Assembly (NCBI GenBank): GCA_964537075.1
Contig: CAZIBB010000001.1
Coordinates: 19,072-83,071, forward strand
Source of the DNA: an uncultured Bdellovibrionales bacterium
Lineage (GTDB): Bacteria; Patescibacteriota; Minisyncoccia; Moranbacterales; UBA1568
Reading direction: 5' to 3'
Length of the DNA stretch: 64,000 nucleotides
The translations under genes and the position numbers were made by a program. Under the pieces are notes generated by a model. That model saw only the letters and a program-made list of their open reading frames with translations, made no database searches and was not told where the DNA came from. How positions within the stretch are numbered: position 1 is the stretch's first letter; each line of letters opens with the position of its first letter. This document shows positions 17,680 through 27,370 of the stretch, one piece after another.

Positions 17680-19350
17680 TTATGCCTCATTTCCTCCGTG
17701 TGTCACATTGGACTCGGCAGTGGCGATGGAACCCGGCTCCTGACGGAGCACCTTGTACCAGATAAACTCTTTTATTTCCCGAAGCTCTTCCACATGGAGC
17801 AGTGTGGCGACGATGACAAAGACCACCCCTCCCGTGCCGAGCCCGATGCTTAATTGCGTGAGCACCTCTACGAAAGTATCAAGATCATATTCCGTCGGAT
17901 TGACGAAACCAAACACATACTTCGAAAGCTGCGCCGCCACTCCGGCGACAAACGATGCCAAAACGATTTTCAGTGTCGGGAGAAAAAATGGGGCATCGCG
18001 CCACAGAGAAAAACGCCGACGCAAAAATACATACAGCAAAGCACCATTGATAATTGTCCCGATGGAGAACGCCATCGCCATACCCTGCACGCCATATATC
18101 GGAATAAGAAGCGGGAGCAGGACGATATGTATCACCTCGCTCACGAGGGCGATCAGAAGCGGAGTCCGTGTATCCTGCAGGGCAAAAAAGGCGCGCGCAA
18201 ACAGCGGTATCAAACTTTGCGCAAAGAGCGAGAAGGCAAGAAACTTCATCGTTTCGAAGGTGATGATAGTGTCATTCCAATCAAAGTGTCCCGAACCGAG
18301 AATAACGCGGACGAGTTGCGCTCGAAAAATAATGAAGAGTATGCTTGCTGGAACAACAAAAAAAAGAATTCTTCGCGTCGTCTTGGCAAGCATATCAAGA
18401 AATGCCTGATTATCACTCTTCGCCATGCATGCAGCGAGTGCGGGAAAAGCAGCAAGTGCGAAAGAAACCCCAAAGAGTCCGAGGAGGACACCCTGTATAT
18501 TATTTGCGAGCATCAATACGGCGATACTTCCTGAAGCAAGTGTCGAGGCGAACAGCGTCACCACGATCAAACTCACTTGATTCACTCCCATAGCGAGTGA
18601 CCGAGGAATCATCAGCCGCAAAACACGACGCATATCCTGGTTGTACCATAATTCCCGAAGAGAAAATGCGTACTGAAATCCTGAACGGCGAAATGCCGGG
18701 TACTGAACGAGAATATGGAGGAACGCTCCAAAAACGACGCCCCATGCCAAGCCCGATACGCCCAAAGTCGGAACGAGACAGACGATACCGAAAATAATTC
18801 CCAGATTATAGAAAATGGGAGCGAGAGAATACGCGATAAATTTTCGAAAAGACACCAAGACACCGCCTATGACCGCGGAGATCGATAAGAGTATCGGGGA
18901 AAGAAGCATGATACGCATAAGGAGCTCCGTTTCCGCCAATTTTTCCCCAGCGAATCCGGGAGCGAGAAATCCCACAATACCCTGTGAAAAAAGAAAAGCA
19001 GCTCCGGAAAGAATGCCGAGCGCGATGACAAACCACTGCAATACCGCCGAAGCGAGTTTCCATGCTTCAGTTTCTTTTTTCGACTCCACAAGCTCGGTGA
19101 ATACCGGAATGAACGCCGCCGACAAGGCTCCGAGTACAAGCAAACTATAAAGAAAATCAGGAATACGAAATGCGGCATAATACGCATCCAAAGTATCTCC
19201 CGCACCGAATTGCGAAGCGAGCAATCGATCCCGAAGCAGACCAAGCAGCCGGCTGGCGATACCGGAGATCGCAATAACAAGAGCCGCAATCGAGACGCTA
19301 TCAAGTGGCTTCTCTGACCACCAAAAAAATTTTCTGAAAAATATGTGCAT
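17680..19350 (-). CDS. murJ: Lipid II flippase MurJ (MviN)
   Basis: AYYAAFRIPDFLYSLLVLGALSAAFIPVF and about 14 TM helices; 556 aa. Confidence 0.8.
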   Translation of the reverse strand: MHIFFRKFFWWSEKPLDSVSIAALVIAISGIASRLLGLLRDRLLASQFGAGDTLDAYYAAFRIPDFLYSLLVLGALSAAFIPVFTELVESKKETEAWKLASAVLQWFVIALGILSGAAFLFSQGIVGFLAPGFAGEKLAETELLMRIMLLSPILLSISAVIGGVLVSFRKFIAYSLAPIFYNLGIIFGIVCLVPTLGVSGLAWGVVFGAFLHILVQYPAFRRSGFQYAFSLRELWYNQDMRRVLRLMIPRSLAMGVNQVSLIVVTLFASTLASGSIAVLMLANNIQGVLLGLFGVSFALAAFPALAACMAKSDNQAFLDMLAKTTRRILFFVVPASILFIIFRAQLVRVILGSGHFDWNDTIITFETMKFLAFSLFAQSLIPLFARAFFALQDTRTPLLIALVSEVIHIVLLPLLIPIYGVQGMAMAFSIGTIINGALLYVFLRRRFSLWRDAPFFLPTLKIVLASFVAGVAAQLSKYVFGFVNPTEYDLDTFVEVLTQLSIGLGTGGVVFVIVATLLHVEELREIKEFIWYKVLRQEPGSIATAESNVTHGGNEA

Positions 19351-19355
19351 AAAGT

Positions 19356-21665
19356 CTATTCATTTTCACTTGAGATTATATTCCATGCAGCCCCGAGAAA
19401 AATATTGTTCTGCAATGTCGATTCGAACGAAAGTGTCGTATTTTTTTTCTGGTATTCACCCGTTTGCCACTGAAGCTGAAAGAGAGATGGAAAATCAATC
19501 ACACTCTTTATATCGCTCAATACTCCTGGTTGTTTCTGAAACAGCACCGAATAGGAAGCATAGTCCGCCGCCGTCACACGAAACGGTAAGCGGTAACGAT
19601 ATTCTACCACTACAGACTCCCCCGGACTCACATACACCCAGTTTCCGAAAGACGTCTTTCCAAGCTCATCATTGATCCGCGTCCCGCTTTTTTCATCAAT
19701 TACTATCGATTGTTCTTCCTTCATGATATCCGGATCAGAAGTAAATCCGAGCGAGTGATAATCAACCGGAGGAAGCATGGTTTCCCGCGTCTGTCCTTTC
19801 ACGGAGAGAAGCTCCGACCCGCGAGGAACATATATTCGCATATAATCGGCATTCACCTTATTCCACCATTCATATGGCATCTGTCCACCATCATGACGGC
19901 GCGTAATCCGCACCGTGTCTATGACTGATCCGTCATCACGAATATCCGCAACATGACTGATGGATTCCCTCACCACCGCGTCCGTCTTATATCCGTTGAT
20001 ATTCGTATTAATGACAGCAAGGTAATCGAGCGGAGTCTCTTCCATCTGACCAGACCAACCCAGCGCAGTGATATTCTTCTCTACCTCCGGCTCTCTCGCA
20101 TACAGGAGGACATTCTTCTTATTGAGGTTCTCGGTCAACACTTCGAAAACCAAAAAGAGTTTTTTCGGATCCTTGGTGGCGAATACTTTCTCGAGCAGTA
20201 TCGGTGCCAAATCGGAGAGTATCTTCTTTGGCTGATTCTCCTCCCGATCATACTTTACCTCGACCTCTTCCTGGACGGCTTCGACGAAATTATCCCGATG
20301 GAGCGTCACGCCATATTCTCTCATCTCTATCGGCCCGAAAATTCCCACCAGATCCCGGATGATGTCGGGCGTGAGAGCGATAACTCCATCAACCGTCGGT
20401 CCGCCGGTCTTCTCATAAAAATACATCGCTTTCAGAGCGGAAGTAGGAAAGTCCGGCGACCAATTGGAATCATGGAGACTCCAAGAGACGCTCACCTTCT
20501 GAATCGGTGCCGGCGGGATAATCTTTTCTTTAAGCTGACCGTCCGGATTGAAGATACCGTCCACGAAAAATTTCCGCACCTTGCCATCCTTCATGTCGAT
20601 AATCCCGTAACTCCCGATAAACCCGCCCGTCGGCCGTATTTCATGATTATTCTGAAAGAGAAACAGATATTTTCTCGGGCCATTGCCACCAAGCACGTCT
20701 TCCAGAAGCGATCGCTTCTTCAGGAACGATCGTGCGGCGGCGATGGAAATCGGCAGGGTTCTTTTCGCCTTCTCGAATGCTTCCCTCTTGTCCAGGGGAA
20801 TATCATCGAGAGATACCTTTTCCAAGGATCTTTCCGCGGCCTCAAGTTCCGGCAACGCCTGTTCTATGGGTTGTCCACTTTTCTCGAGCAAATCGATGAA
20901 TGAAAAATCCTTCTGAAGCAGCGGGTTGCTGATATTCGAAACCGAGAGGAGAGTATTATTCAGGAGATACCCTGCGCGCGAGATATGTCGACCGGCTTCT
21001 ATGATATTTTTTCCCGATGCGGCTTGAGAAAGGAATGGTATGAAGCGGAACGTATCGACTGCGCCGAGTTGCCATATACCGAGATGCTCCCATGCAAAAG
21101 AAAATGACTGGTACGCGGATTCGAAATTCTGTCCTGATACGGATACATCTCCTTTCTCAAGCGATGCCACCGCCATCGAAAGATTTCGATATCCCGCTTC
21201 GCTCTCCCCGAGTACCAACCCTTTCATGGTAAATAACTCCTTTCCTGTCACCACCAAAGCAAGGAGAAACAATCCCCCTCCAAGCCACTTCATCGGAGAA
21301 GTGATACGAGAGATTTTTTTTCCGATATGCTCCTGCTCGCGTTCCAGTGGAGCATCGGTGGAAGAAAAGCCCGCATCAATCCTGGAAAAAGAATGATATG
21401 CTCCACCATCATGATTCAAGAAAGAACCCTCACCGTAGTTTTCCGTACCGAAAAACTTCTCCGCATCGCCTTCCTCCGCTGACAAGGGAGATGATCCTCC
21501 TTGTGATACGGTCTTCGCCGCCGTTCGGCCGGTCGATCGTCGCATTTTTTCCACGCGATCCCAATCAACAACACCCGACTGTTTCATCGGACGGATATCG
21601 AACATTTCTGGAAGAATATGTTTTGTCTCTTTCATTGTATCTTGTATAATATTCTCTTTTTTCAA
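19356..21665 (-). CDS. Large membrane-anchored extracytoplasmic protein, DUF4012-like (cell-envelope associated)
   Basis: 769 aa. A single TM at about residue 135 then a long extracellular domain. It sits next to a GT4 glycosyltransferase, as DUF4012 proteins typically do. The family call is from memory. Confidence 0.4.
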   Translation of the reverse strand: MKKENIIQDTMKETKHILPEMFDIRPMKQSGVVDWDRVEKMRRSTGRTAAKTVSQGGSSPLSAEEGDAEKFFGTENYGEGSFLNHDGGAYHSFSRIDAGFSSTDAPLEREQEHIGKKISRITSPMKWLGGGLFLLALVVTGKELFTMKGLVLGESEAGYRNLSMAVASLEKGDVSVSGQNFESAYQSFSFAWEHLGIWQLGAVDTFRFIPFLSQAASGKNIIEAGRHISRAGYLLNNTLLSVSNISNPLLQKDFSFIDLLEKSGQPIEQALPELEAAERSLEKVSLDDIPLDKREAFEKAKRTLPISIAAARSFLKKRSLLEDVLGGNGPRKYLFLFQNNHEIRPTGGFIGSYGIIDMKDGKVRKFFVDGIFNPDGQLKEKIIPPAPIQKVSVSWSLHDSNWSPDFPTSALKAMYFYEKTGGPTVDGVIALTPDIIRDLVGIFGPIEMREYGVTLHRDNFVEAVQEEVEVKYDREENQPKKILSDLAPILLEKVFATKDPKKLFLVFEVLTENLNKKNVLLYAREPEVEKNITALGWSGQMEETPLDYLAVINTNINGYKTDAVVRESISHVADIRDDGSVIDTVRITRRHDGGQMPYEWWNKVNADYMRIYVPRGSELLSVKGQTRETMLPPVDYHSLGFTSDPDIMKEEQSIVIDEKSGTRINDELGKTSFGNWVYVSPGESVVVEYRYRLPFRVTAADYASYSVLFQKQPGVLSDIKSVIDFPSLFQLQWQTGEYQKKNTTLSFESTLQNNIFLGAAWNIISSENE

Positions 21666-21678
21666 TAGACCTGCTGCT

Positions 21679-22827
21679 TCAGTGTCTGTCTGAAGCCGAT
21701 ACCTTTTGATAAATACTCAGAGTCGCGGTCGCCATATCATGCCAATGAAATCCTCCGGCCTGAACGAAACCCTTCTCCCGAAGCTGCATACGCTCCAAAT
21801 CAGAATATGCCAGGAAGCGACGAATGGCTCGCTCCATATCCCACCCCTTGTCCGGATCGAAAAAGATCGCGGCCTCACCATAAATTTCCGGAAGCGATCC
21901 GCGGTGTGAGGCGATCACTGGAAGCCCGTATTGCATCGCTTCCAAACCCGGCAAACCGAATCCCTCATATCGCGAGGGAAACAAATAAGCTGCTGCATTT
22001 CGATACAATACCGAAAGATCGCAATCCGTCACGAACCCGGCAAAAAAAACATTCTTCATGTCATTCGTCGCGCGCCGCAGTCGACGATAAAAGAAATCCT
22101 CTTTCCCGACGAGAACGAATTTCCACTCCGGAAATGCGAGTGCGACATCCGCGATCGATTCGAGATTCTTATGGGGATAGGCATTTCCCACATACAGAAA
22201 ATACTTCCCTATTCTACCATACGGAGAAGACTCCATTAAACCATGGCGACCGAGAACATCGAGACTCTCATTCTTCCCGACGAAAAAACATTCCTCGTCG
22301 GCAGCTTCTTTCGTCACGAATAGTTTTTCCTTCGCATGCGGATAGTGAACCGCGATATCATCCTTCGTAAAAAGAGAGACGGTGAGCACCGCTTCGGCGC
22401 GGCGCATGGCGATGGCGACGACCATCCGATAGAGAATGTATTTGAATGTATATACTCCCCATCCGAGCGTCGTGTTCTGAACGGTCGGAAATCGGAGAAG
22501 AATGAGATCGTGTACCGTCACGATGAACTTTTTTCGGTACAGTATTGGGATATTAAAATGAGGAAAGTGTACCAGATGAAGCCGGTGCCGAAGGAGAAGA
22601 AACGGAAAAAGGATCTGCTCCTGCCATCCATACCACAGATAATCTGCCAATACCTTGTGAAAATTTTCCCGCCGTGGAACATACTCGTCGAAGTTTTCCC
22701 GACGAAGGAAAATAACATATTGATTGACAGGATCGATTTCCTCCAGATGTGCGATAAGTTTTTCCGTGTATCGCCCCAATCCCTTGCCGATCGATCCGTA
22801 AAAACGAGCATCAATACCTATGCGCAT
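21679..22827 (-). CDS. Glycosyltransferase family 4 (GT-B, group 1)
   Basis: C-terminal [28 protein letters not shown] is the GT4 nucleotide-sugar binding motif. Confidence 0.8.
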   Translation of the reverse strand: MRIGIDARFYGSIGKGLGRYTEKLIAHLEEIDPVNQYVIFLRRENFDEYVPRRENFHKVLADYLWYGWQEQILFPFLLLRHRLHLVHFPHFNIPILYRKKFIVTVHDLILLRFPTVQNTTLGWGVYTFKYILYRMVVAIAMRRAEAVLTVSLFTKDDIAVHYPHAKEKLFVTKEAADEECFFVGKNESLDVLGRHGLMESSPYGRIGKYFLYVGNAYPHKNLESIADVALAFPEWKFVLVGKEDFFYRRLRRATNDMKNVFFAGFVTDCDLSVLYRNAAAYLFPSRYEGFGLPGLEAMQYGLPVIASHRGSLPEIYGEAAIFFDPDKGWDMERAIRRFLAYSDLERMQLREKGFVQAGGFHWHDMATATLSIYQKVSASDRH

Positions 22828-22848
22828 AATGGTATATTCAACGTTTAG

Positions 22849-23036
22849 AATCTCTCTCAGATCTCACCGCAAAGATGAAAAAACAAAGACTTCTTCTGCT
22901 TGTCGCCTGAAATTCCATAATTTTGGCTGCAAATCCTGAAAAGCTCGTCGGGTTATCATGATAGCCCTCCTCACTTTTTCAGAATTTTCGCTCAAACTGA
23001 TGGAATTTCATGCCCGACATGAGATTTGAGAGAGAC
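22849..23036. mobile_element. MITE-like element, copy i (TIR flavour TCTCTCTCAGATCTCA / TGAGATTTGAGAGAGA)
   Basis: Terminal inverted repeats of 16 bp. The internal core CTGCTTGTCG..GGCTGCAAATCCTGAAAAGCTCGTCGGGTTATCATGATAGCCCTCCTCAC..TTTTCGCTC is shared with 41837..42018, 56352..56532 and 63832..64000. Confidence 0.8.
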
Positions 23037-23732
23037 TCTTTTAGAAATGCCTTTCCCGCGCCTCACGAGACAGAAAAGAAAGAGTGCCTCCGAAGCGAGG
23101 ATCTTGAATATCTCATAATCATCGAACTCATTCGATTTCTTCGGAAACACGATGAAGGCACGGAAATGATCCACGGCCTTCGGAGACGCCACCCGATAAT
23201 GATCATTTTCCAGCCAAAAATGACGTACTTTTTCATGAAGGAGAGATTCATGGGTAATATCTGAGAAAACACCTTTCTTCCCGCTCACGAAGGATCTCTC
23301 TATGCGGTGTTCCGTCGTATGTACGAAATATATGGCTACCGAATCAGCCTTGGAAAGAATCTTTACCGCATCGAGTATCGGCTGATACAGCTCATCGTCC
23401 TTGGCAGTCCGACCGAATGTGGCGAGCGTCCCCGGAAGCGCCCCAACTGACCGCTTGAGGATTTCGAATTTCCGGTTGAGTTCACCAATATATGAATACG
23501 AGCTCTCAAGATCCTTGAAAATGATATTTTTCTCTTGTCGTATTTTTTTTTGTTCCCCGCGTATTTTTCTGAGAGCGCGCTCTTTCGCGAGGTACAGAAG
23601 AAATCCTATCAAGGAAAGGAAAAAGATAAACAATGATTCCGCGTCATCCTCACTCAAAAAGAAATATCCCTGCCGAATATACTCCGGTGAGAATACCATG
23701 AGAACGAAAATAGTGAGGTATATCCAATACAC
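22992..23732 (-). CDS. Hypothetical membrane protein; its last 15 or so codons come from the MITE
   Basis: 246 aa. Two N-terminal TM helices. The C-terminus ...KRVSLKSHVGHEIPSV lies inside MITE copy i. Confidence 0.4.
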   Translation of the reverse strand: MYWIYLTIFVLMVFSPEYIRQGYFFLSEDDAESLFIFFLSLIGFLLYLAKERALRKIRGEQKKIRQEKNIIFKDLESSYSYIGELNRKFEILKRSVGALPGTLATFGRTAKDDELYQPILDAVKILSKADSVAIYFVHTTEHRIERSFVSGKKGVFSDITHESLLHEKVRHFWLENDHYRVASPKAVDHFRAFIVFPKKSNEFDDYEIFKILASEALFLFCLVRRGKGISKRVSLKSHVGHEIPSV

Positions 23733-23751
23733 TGTTATTTCTCTTAAAAAT

Positions 23752-24636
23752 CTACAAGGATATCTCTTTCAGGAATTTTCGGAGTTTCTCGCCGACCTCC
23801 GGATGCTTGAGCCCGAAGTGAATGGTCGTTTTTAAGAAATTGAATTTATCACCGGTATCCAGCCATGTTCCTTCAAGCATTCGTCCGTACATTGGGCGAT
23901 CATTCTGCAACATGATATCGAAGGCATCCGCAAGACGGATCTCACCGGATTTCCCGGAACTCATGGTCGCAAGCGTATCAAACACCTCCTTCGTGATGAC
24001 ATACTTCCCTACCGCAACTGCCGTTCCCGGGGCTTCTTCCGGTGTCGGTTTTTCCACTATTCCCCTCACTTTAATCGTTTGCTCATCAATTTTTTCTCCA
24101 TCAATCACACCGAACTTCGACACCTCGCTACGCTCCACCTCGGAGAGTCCGATGATTGGCGCCCGAAACTTCTCATAGGCATCGATCAGCTGCTTCGAAG
24201 CCGGTACGGCACTATCATAAATGCAGTCGCCGAAGATGATCAGTACCGATTCATCATCATCAACGAGATGTGCCGCCTGTAAAATGGCATGTCCATCACC
24301 GAGCGGCACTGGCTGCCGCACATAGGAAAATTTCGCGAGAGTGGATATTTTCCGCACCACCTCAAGGAGATCATGCTTGTTCTTCTCGACGAGTGTATCC
24401 TCAAGCTCATAAGATACATCAAAGTGGTCCTCTATCGCCCGCTTTCCGCGCCCGGTCACGAAAATAATCTCCTCGATTCCCGAAGCGACCGCCTCCTCTA
24501 CCAGATATTGCACCACCGGCTTATCCACTACCGGAAGCATTTCTTTCGGTTGCGCCTTGGTTGCCGGAAGAAATCGTGTTCCGAAACCTGCCACCGGAAT
24601 AATCGCCTTTTTGATCCTGGGAAAATGATCTTGCAT
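23752..24636 (-). CDS. galU: UTP--glucose-1-phosphate uridylyltransferase
   Basis: KAIIPVAGFGTRFLPATKAQPKEMLPVVDKP. GGAGG Shine-Dalgarno before the ATG at 24636. Confidence 0.85.
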   Translation of the reverse strand: MQDHFPRIKKAIIPVAGFGTRFLPATKAQPKEMLPVVDKPVVQYLVEEAVASGIEEIIFVTGRGKRAIEDHFDVSYELEDTLVEKNKHDLLEVVRKISTLAKFSYVRQPVPLGDGHAILQAAHLVDDDESVLIIFGDCIYDSAVPASKQLIDAYEKFRAPIIGLSEVERSEVSKFGVIDGEKIDEQTIKVRGIVEKPTPEEAPGTAVAVGKYVITKEVFDTLATMSSGKSGEIRLADAFDIMLQNDRPMYGRMLEGTWLDTGDKFNFLKTTIHFGLKHPEVGEKLRKFLKEISL

Positions 24637-24682
24637 ACTCTTTTTACCTCCGTTAACGGTTAATTTTCTCATGTCCGCCGAT

Positions 24683-25474
24683 CTATCGGAGCGCGACCAT
24701 CTTCTTGAATTCTACAGTAAATTCCGCGATCGCATCATTGACAATCGGATGAAATCTCTTTGTAATTCCCTTTTCCCGGACATAGAGCGACGAATCGAGC
24801 AGCGAATCCGGCGTTCCGGTATCGAACCATTCCCCCTTCATTTCCCGGACATCGAGCATTCCCCGTTCGAGATAATAATTATGTATTCCGGTGATCTCAA
24901 TTTCCCCGCGTTCCGACGGAGAGAGCTTCTTCGCCGCCTCCGACACCCGACCATCGAAAATATAGATACCAGGAATGGCGAAGTTGCTTTTCGGCACCAA
25001 TGGTTTTTCTTCGATGGAAACGACTTTCTTCTCCGCATCGAATTCCACGACGCCGAATCGCTTCGGATCCGAAACTTCTTTCGCGAATATCCGTCCGCCC
25101 TCTTCAAATGATCGGATGGCATCGGAGAAATCGTCTTCGAAAATATTATCCCCGAGCACCATGGTCGATGATCCGCCATCGAGAAAATCCTCCGCGAGGA
25201 TATAGGCGTCCGCCAAACCTCTCGGTTTCTTCTGCACGATAAATGATATGGATACGCCATGGTTCCGGAACATCGATCCGAGGAGATTCAGGAAATGTCC
25301 CGAATACTCCGGCGCGACGATGATGAGGATATCCTTGATCCCCGCCATGACAAGCGTATTCAACGGATAAAAAATCATCGGCCGATCATAGACTGGCAGG
25401 AGCTGCTTCGAAGTGACGGCGGTCGACGGCAGGAGCCGCGTCCCCGTTCCGCCCGCAAGTATTATTCCTTTCAT
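24683..25474 (-). CDS. rfbA: Glucose-1-phosphate thymidylyltransferase (RmlA-like sugar nucleotidyltransferase)
   Basis: MKGIILAGGTGTRLLPSTAVTSKQLLPVYDRPMIFYPL. Confidence 0.8.
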   Translation of the reverse strand: MKGIILAGGTGTRLLPSTAVTSKQLLPVYDRPMIFYPLNTLVMAGIKDILIIVAPEYSGHFLNLLGSMFRNHGVSISFIVQKKPRGLADAYILAEDFLDGGSSTMVLGDNIFEDDFSDAIRSFEEGGRIFAKEVSDPKRFGVVEFDAEKKVVSIEEKPLVPKSNFAIPGIYIFDGRVSEAAKKLSPSERGEIEITGIHNYYLERGMLDVREMKGEWFDTGTPDSLLDSSLYVREKGITKRFHPIVNDAIAEFTVEFKKMVALR

Positions 25475-25490
25475 AGTTTTTGATTATGCA

Positions 25491-25532
25491 TTTTTGGAGG
25501 TCGAACCTCCATGGAGGTTCGACCTCCAAAAA
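25491..25532. repeat. REP-like palindrome, third (orphan) copy, variant GGAGGTCGAACCTCC-ATGG-AGGTTCGACCTCC
   Basis: Same GGAGG...CCTCC-ATGG-GGAGG...CCTCC architecture as the copies flanking the transposase. The loop change CTAAA to TCGAA is mirrored symmetrically in the other half. Confidence 0.85.
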
Positions 25533-26774
25533 TTACTTATACAACGGAAACTGCTTGCATAACACTCGTATATCCTTACGCAACTTGTTACGTAACTTCG
25601 CATCGCCTTTATTCTTCCAGGCGGTATCGATGATACGGGCGATTTCCTTCACTTCACGCTCTTTCATCCCGCGTGTCGTGATCGCTGGAACGCCGATACG
25701 CACCCCACTCGGATCGAGCGGCCCGCGCGGATCATCCGGAATGACATTCTTATTGATGGTGATCCCCACTTCCTCCAATATATATTCCGCTTCCTTTCCA
25801 GTGAGGCCATAGCTCTTCACCGTATCGATCACGATCATATGATTCTCCGTTCCACCGAAGAGAATATACGCGCCGCCCTTATAGAGTTCCTTTTCGAGCA
25901 CCTTCGCATTTTTCAGTGTCTGTTTCGCGTACTTCCTGAACTCTGGTTTCAATGCCTCACCGAATGCCACCGCTTTGGCCGCCACGACGTGCATGTGTGG
26001 CCCTCCCTGCGTTCCCGGGAAAATAGCCTTGTCAATCGCCCTTGCAAATTCTTTCTTGCAGAGAATCATGCCTCCACGCGGTCCGCGCAGCGTCTTGTGC
26101 GTCGTCGCTGTCACGATATCGAAGTGCGGCACCGGACTCGGCAGCGCTTTCCCGGCGATGAGTCCCGCGATATGCGCCATGTCCATCATGGTCAATGCCT
26201 TCACCTTCTTTGCAATCGCGACGAACAACGCATAATCAATCTGCCGGGTATATGAAGAGAATCCCGCGAGCATGAGCTTCGGTTTTTCTTTTCTCGCAAG
26301 CGCTTCCAATTTTTTATAATCGATGCTGCCATCAGGTTCGGTTTTGTACCGAACGAAATTATACACCTTGGCCGGCAAGGTCACCGGATGACCATGCGTC
26401 AGATGTCCGCCATGAGAGAGATCCATGCCGAGCACCGTATCGCCCGGCTGAAGGAGTGCTGCATATACAGCGAGATTCGCCTGCGCCCCCGAATGCGCCT
26501 GCACATTCGCATGTTCCGCTCCGAACAATTTCTTCACGCGATCGAGCGCGAGCGTTTCCGCGACATCCGTCCATTCCTGTCCGCCATAGTACCTTTTCCC
26601 CGGATACCCTTCGGAATATTTGTTCGTGAAGACCGTCCCGAGCGTTTCCATCACCGCCTGCGAGACATAATTCTCCGACGCGATCATTTCCAATCCTTCT
26701 TCCTGCCGTTTTTCTTCGCCCATCACCGCGGCATACACCGCCTTGTCCGCCTTCTTCAGAATATCATGCTTCAT
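25533..26774 (-). CDS. glyA: Serine hydroxymethyltransferase
   Basis: PLP site [12 protein letters not shown] and the GHLTHGH block; 413 aa. Confidence 0.9.
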   Translation of the reverse strand: MKHDILKKADKAVYAAVMGEEKRQEEGLEMIASENYVSQAVMETLGTVFTNKYSEGYPGKRYYGGQEWTDVAETLALDRVKKLFGAEHANVQAHSGAQANLAVYAALLQPGDTVLGMDLSHGGHLTHGHPVTLPAKVYNFVRYKTEPDGSIDYKKLEALARKEKPKLMLAGFSSYTRQIDYALFVAIAKKVKALTMMDMAHIAGLIAGKALPSPVPHFDIVTATTHKTLRGPRGGMILCKKEFARAIDKAIFPGTQGGPHMHVVAAKAVAFGEALKPEFRKYAKQTLKNAKVLEKELYKGGAYILFGGTENHMIVIDTVKSYGLTGKEAEYILEEVGITINKNVIPDDPRGPLDPSGVRIGVPAITTRGMKEREVKEIARIIDTAWKNKGDAKLRNKLRKDIRVLCKQFPLYK

Positions 26775-26842
26775 AGAGATATTTCATTAAATGTCTGTTC
26801 AAAACATCTCAATAGTATCAATAAACAGCCATTTCAACACTA

Positions 26843-26894
26843 TTGACAAAACACGTTGAAAATAATATAATATGTGGTTCAGAATGGTTCTGAA
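26843..26894 (+). promoter_or_regulatory. Consensus sigma70-type promoter (TTGACA-17-TATAAT) with a perfect palindromic operator TTCAGAA-TGG-TTCTGAA at the predicted transcription start
   Basis: TTGACA 26843-26848, 17-nt spacer, TATAAT 26866-26871; palindrome 26878-26894. Confidence 0.6.
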
Positions 26895-26932
26895 TTTTGT
26901 ACATGAACAACCCAACTCACAAAGGAATAACC

Positions 26933-27055
26933 ATGAACTCAGAAATGTTCTCGTTCAGCGTTATGTGTTTTATCCTCCTACTGCTAGGTGGTCTCACGGC
27001 CTCGACAGTGATCAAAATGCAAAGGATCGGAGCGCCTCTACGATATTCTGTATGA
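26933..27055 (+). CDS. Small hydrophobic peptide (40 aa, 1 TM)
   Basis: MNSEMFSFSVMCFILLLLGGLTASTVIKMQRIGAPLRYSV. Shine-Dalgarno AAAGGA 8 nt upstream. Its TGA stop overlaps the next ATG (ATGA coupling). Confidence 0.45.
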   Translation: MNSEMFSFSVMCFILLLLGGLTASTVIKMQRIGAPLRYSV

Positions 27056-27273
27056 CTATTGGAGCGACTCCGTTCCTCTTGTTCATGCTCTTCGCACAGG
27101 CACTCCCGCCAATAGAAGCAACACCAGACGTCATTCGACCCATATTCAGAGTCGCCGCCGTCGGGTTCGGAGTCGTTGCGTTCACAGGTGGAATAGTAGT
27201 AGGGGCGGTTGTTTCGCACATTCTGTATGTCCATTCCCAAGCCAAGCTAGGAAGGACATACATTCCCGACTAG
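27052..27273 (+). CDS. Small hydrophobic protein (73 aa, 2 TM), translationally coupled to the upstream peptide
   Basis: MTIGATPFLLFMLFAQALPP...AAVGFGVVAFTGGIVVGAVVSHIL. The start overlaps the previous stop (gtATGA). Confidence 0.45.
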   Translation: MTIGATPFLLFMLFAQALPPIEATPDVIRPIFRVAAVGFGVVAFTGGIVVGAVVSHILYVHSQAKLGRTYIPD

Positions 27274-27282
27274 ACGCATCAG

Positions 27283-27345
27283 TCACATATGAAGCCACCA
27301 GGATACCAAGCGTAACATCGCGAAGTATCCAGGGCTTTTTTTTAT
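27283..27345 (+). terminator. Rho-independent terminator of the small-peptide unit
   Basis: Hairpin CCAGGATAC...GTATCCAGG followed by GCTTTTTTTTATTT. Confidence 0.5.
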
Positions 27346-27370
27346 TTCAAAATTCTTTTTTCAAACAACT

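Noticed and set aside
25501-25530. tRNA-like GGTTCGACC / GGTCGAACC strings
   Set aside because: They are the two halves of the REP-like palindrome; there is no acceptor or anticodon arm context, so no tRNA gene. I found no convincing tRNA elsewhere in the window.
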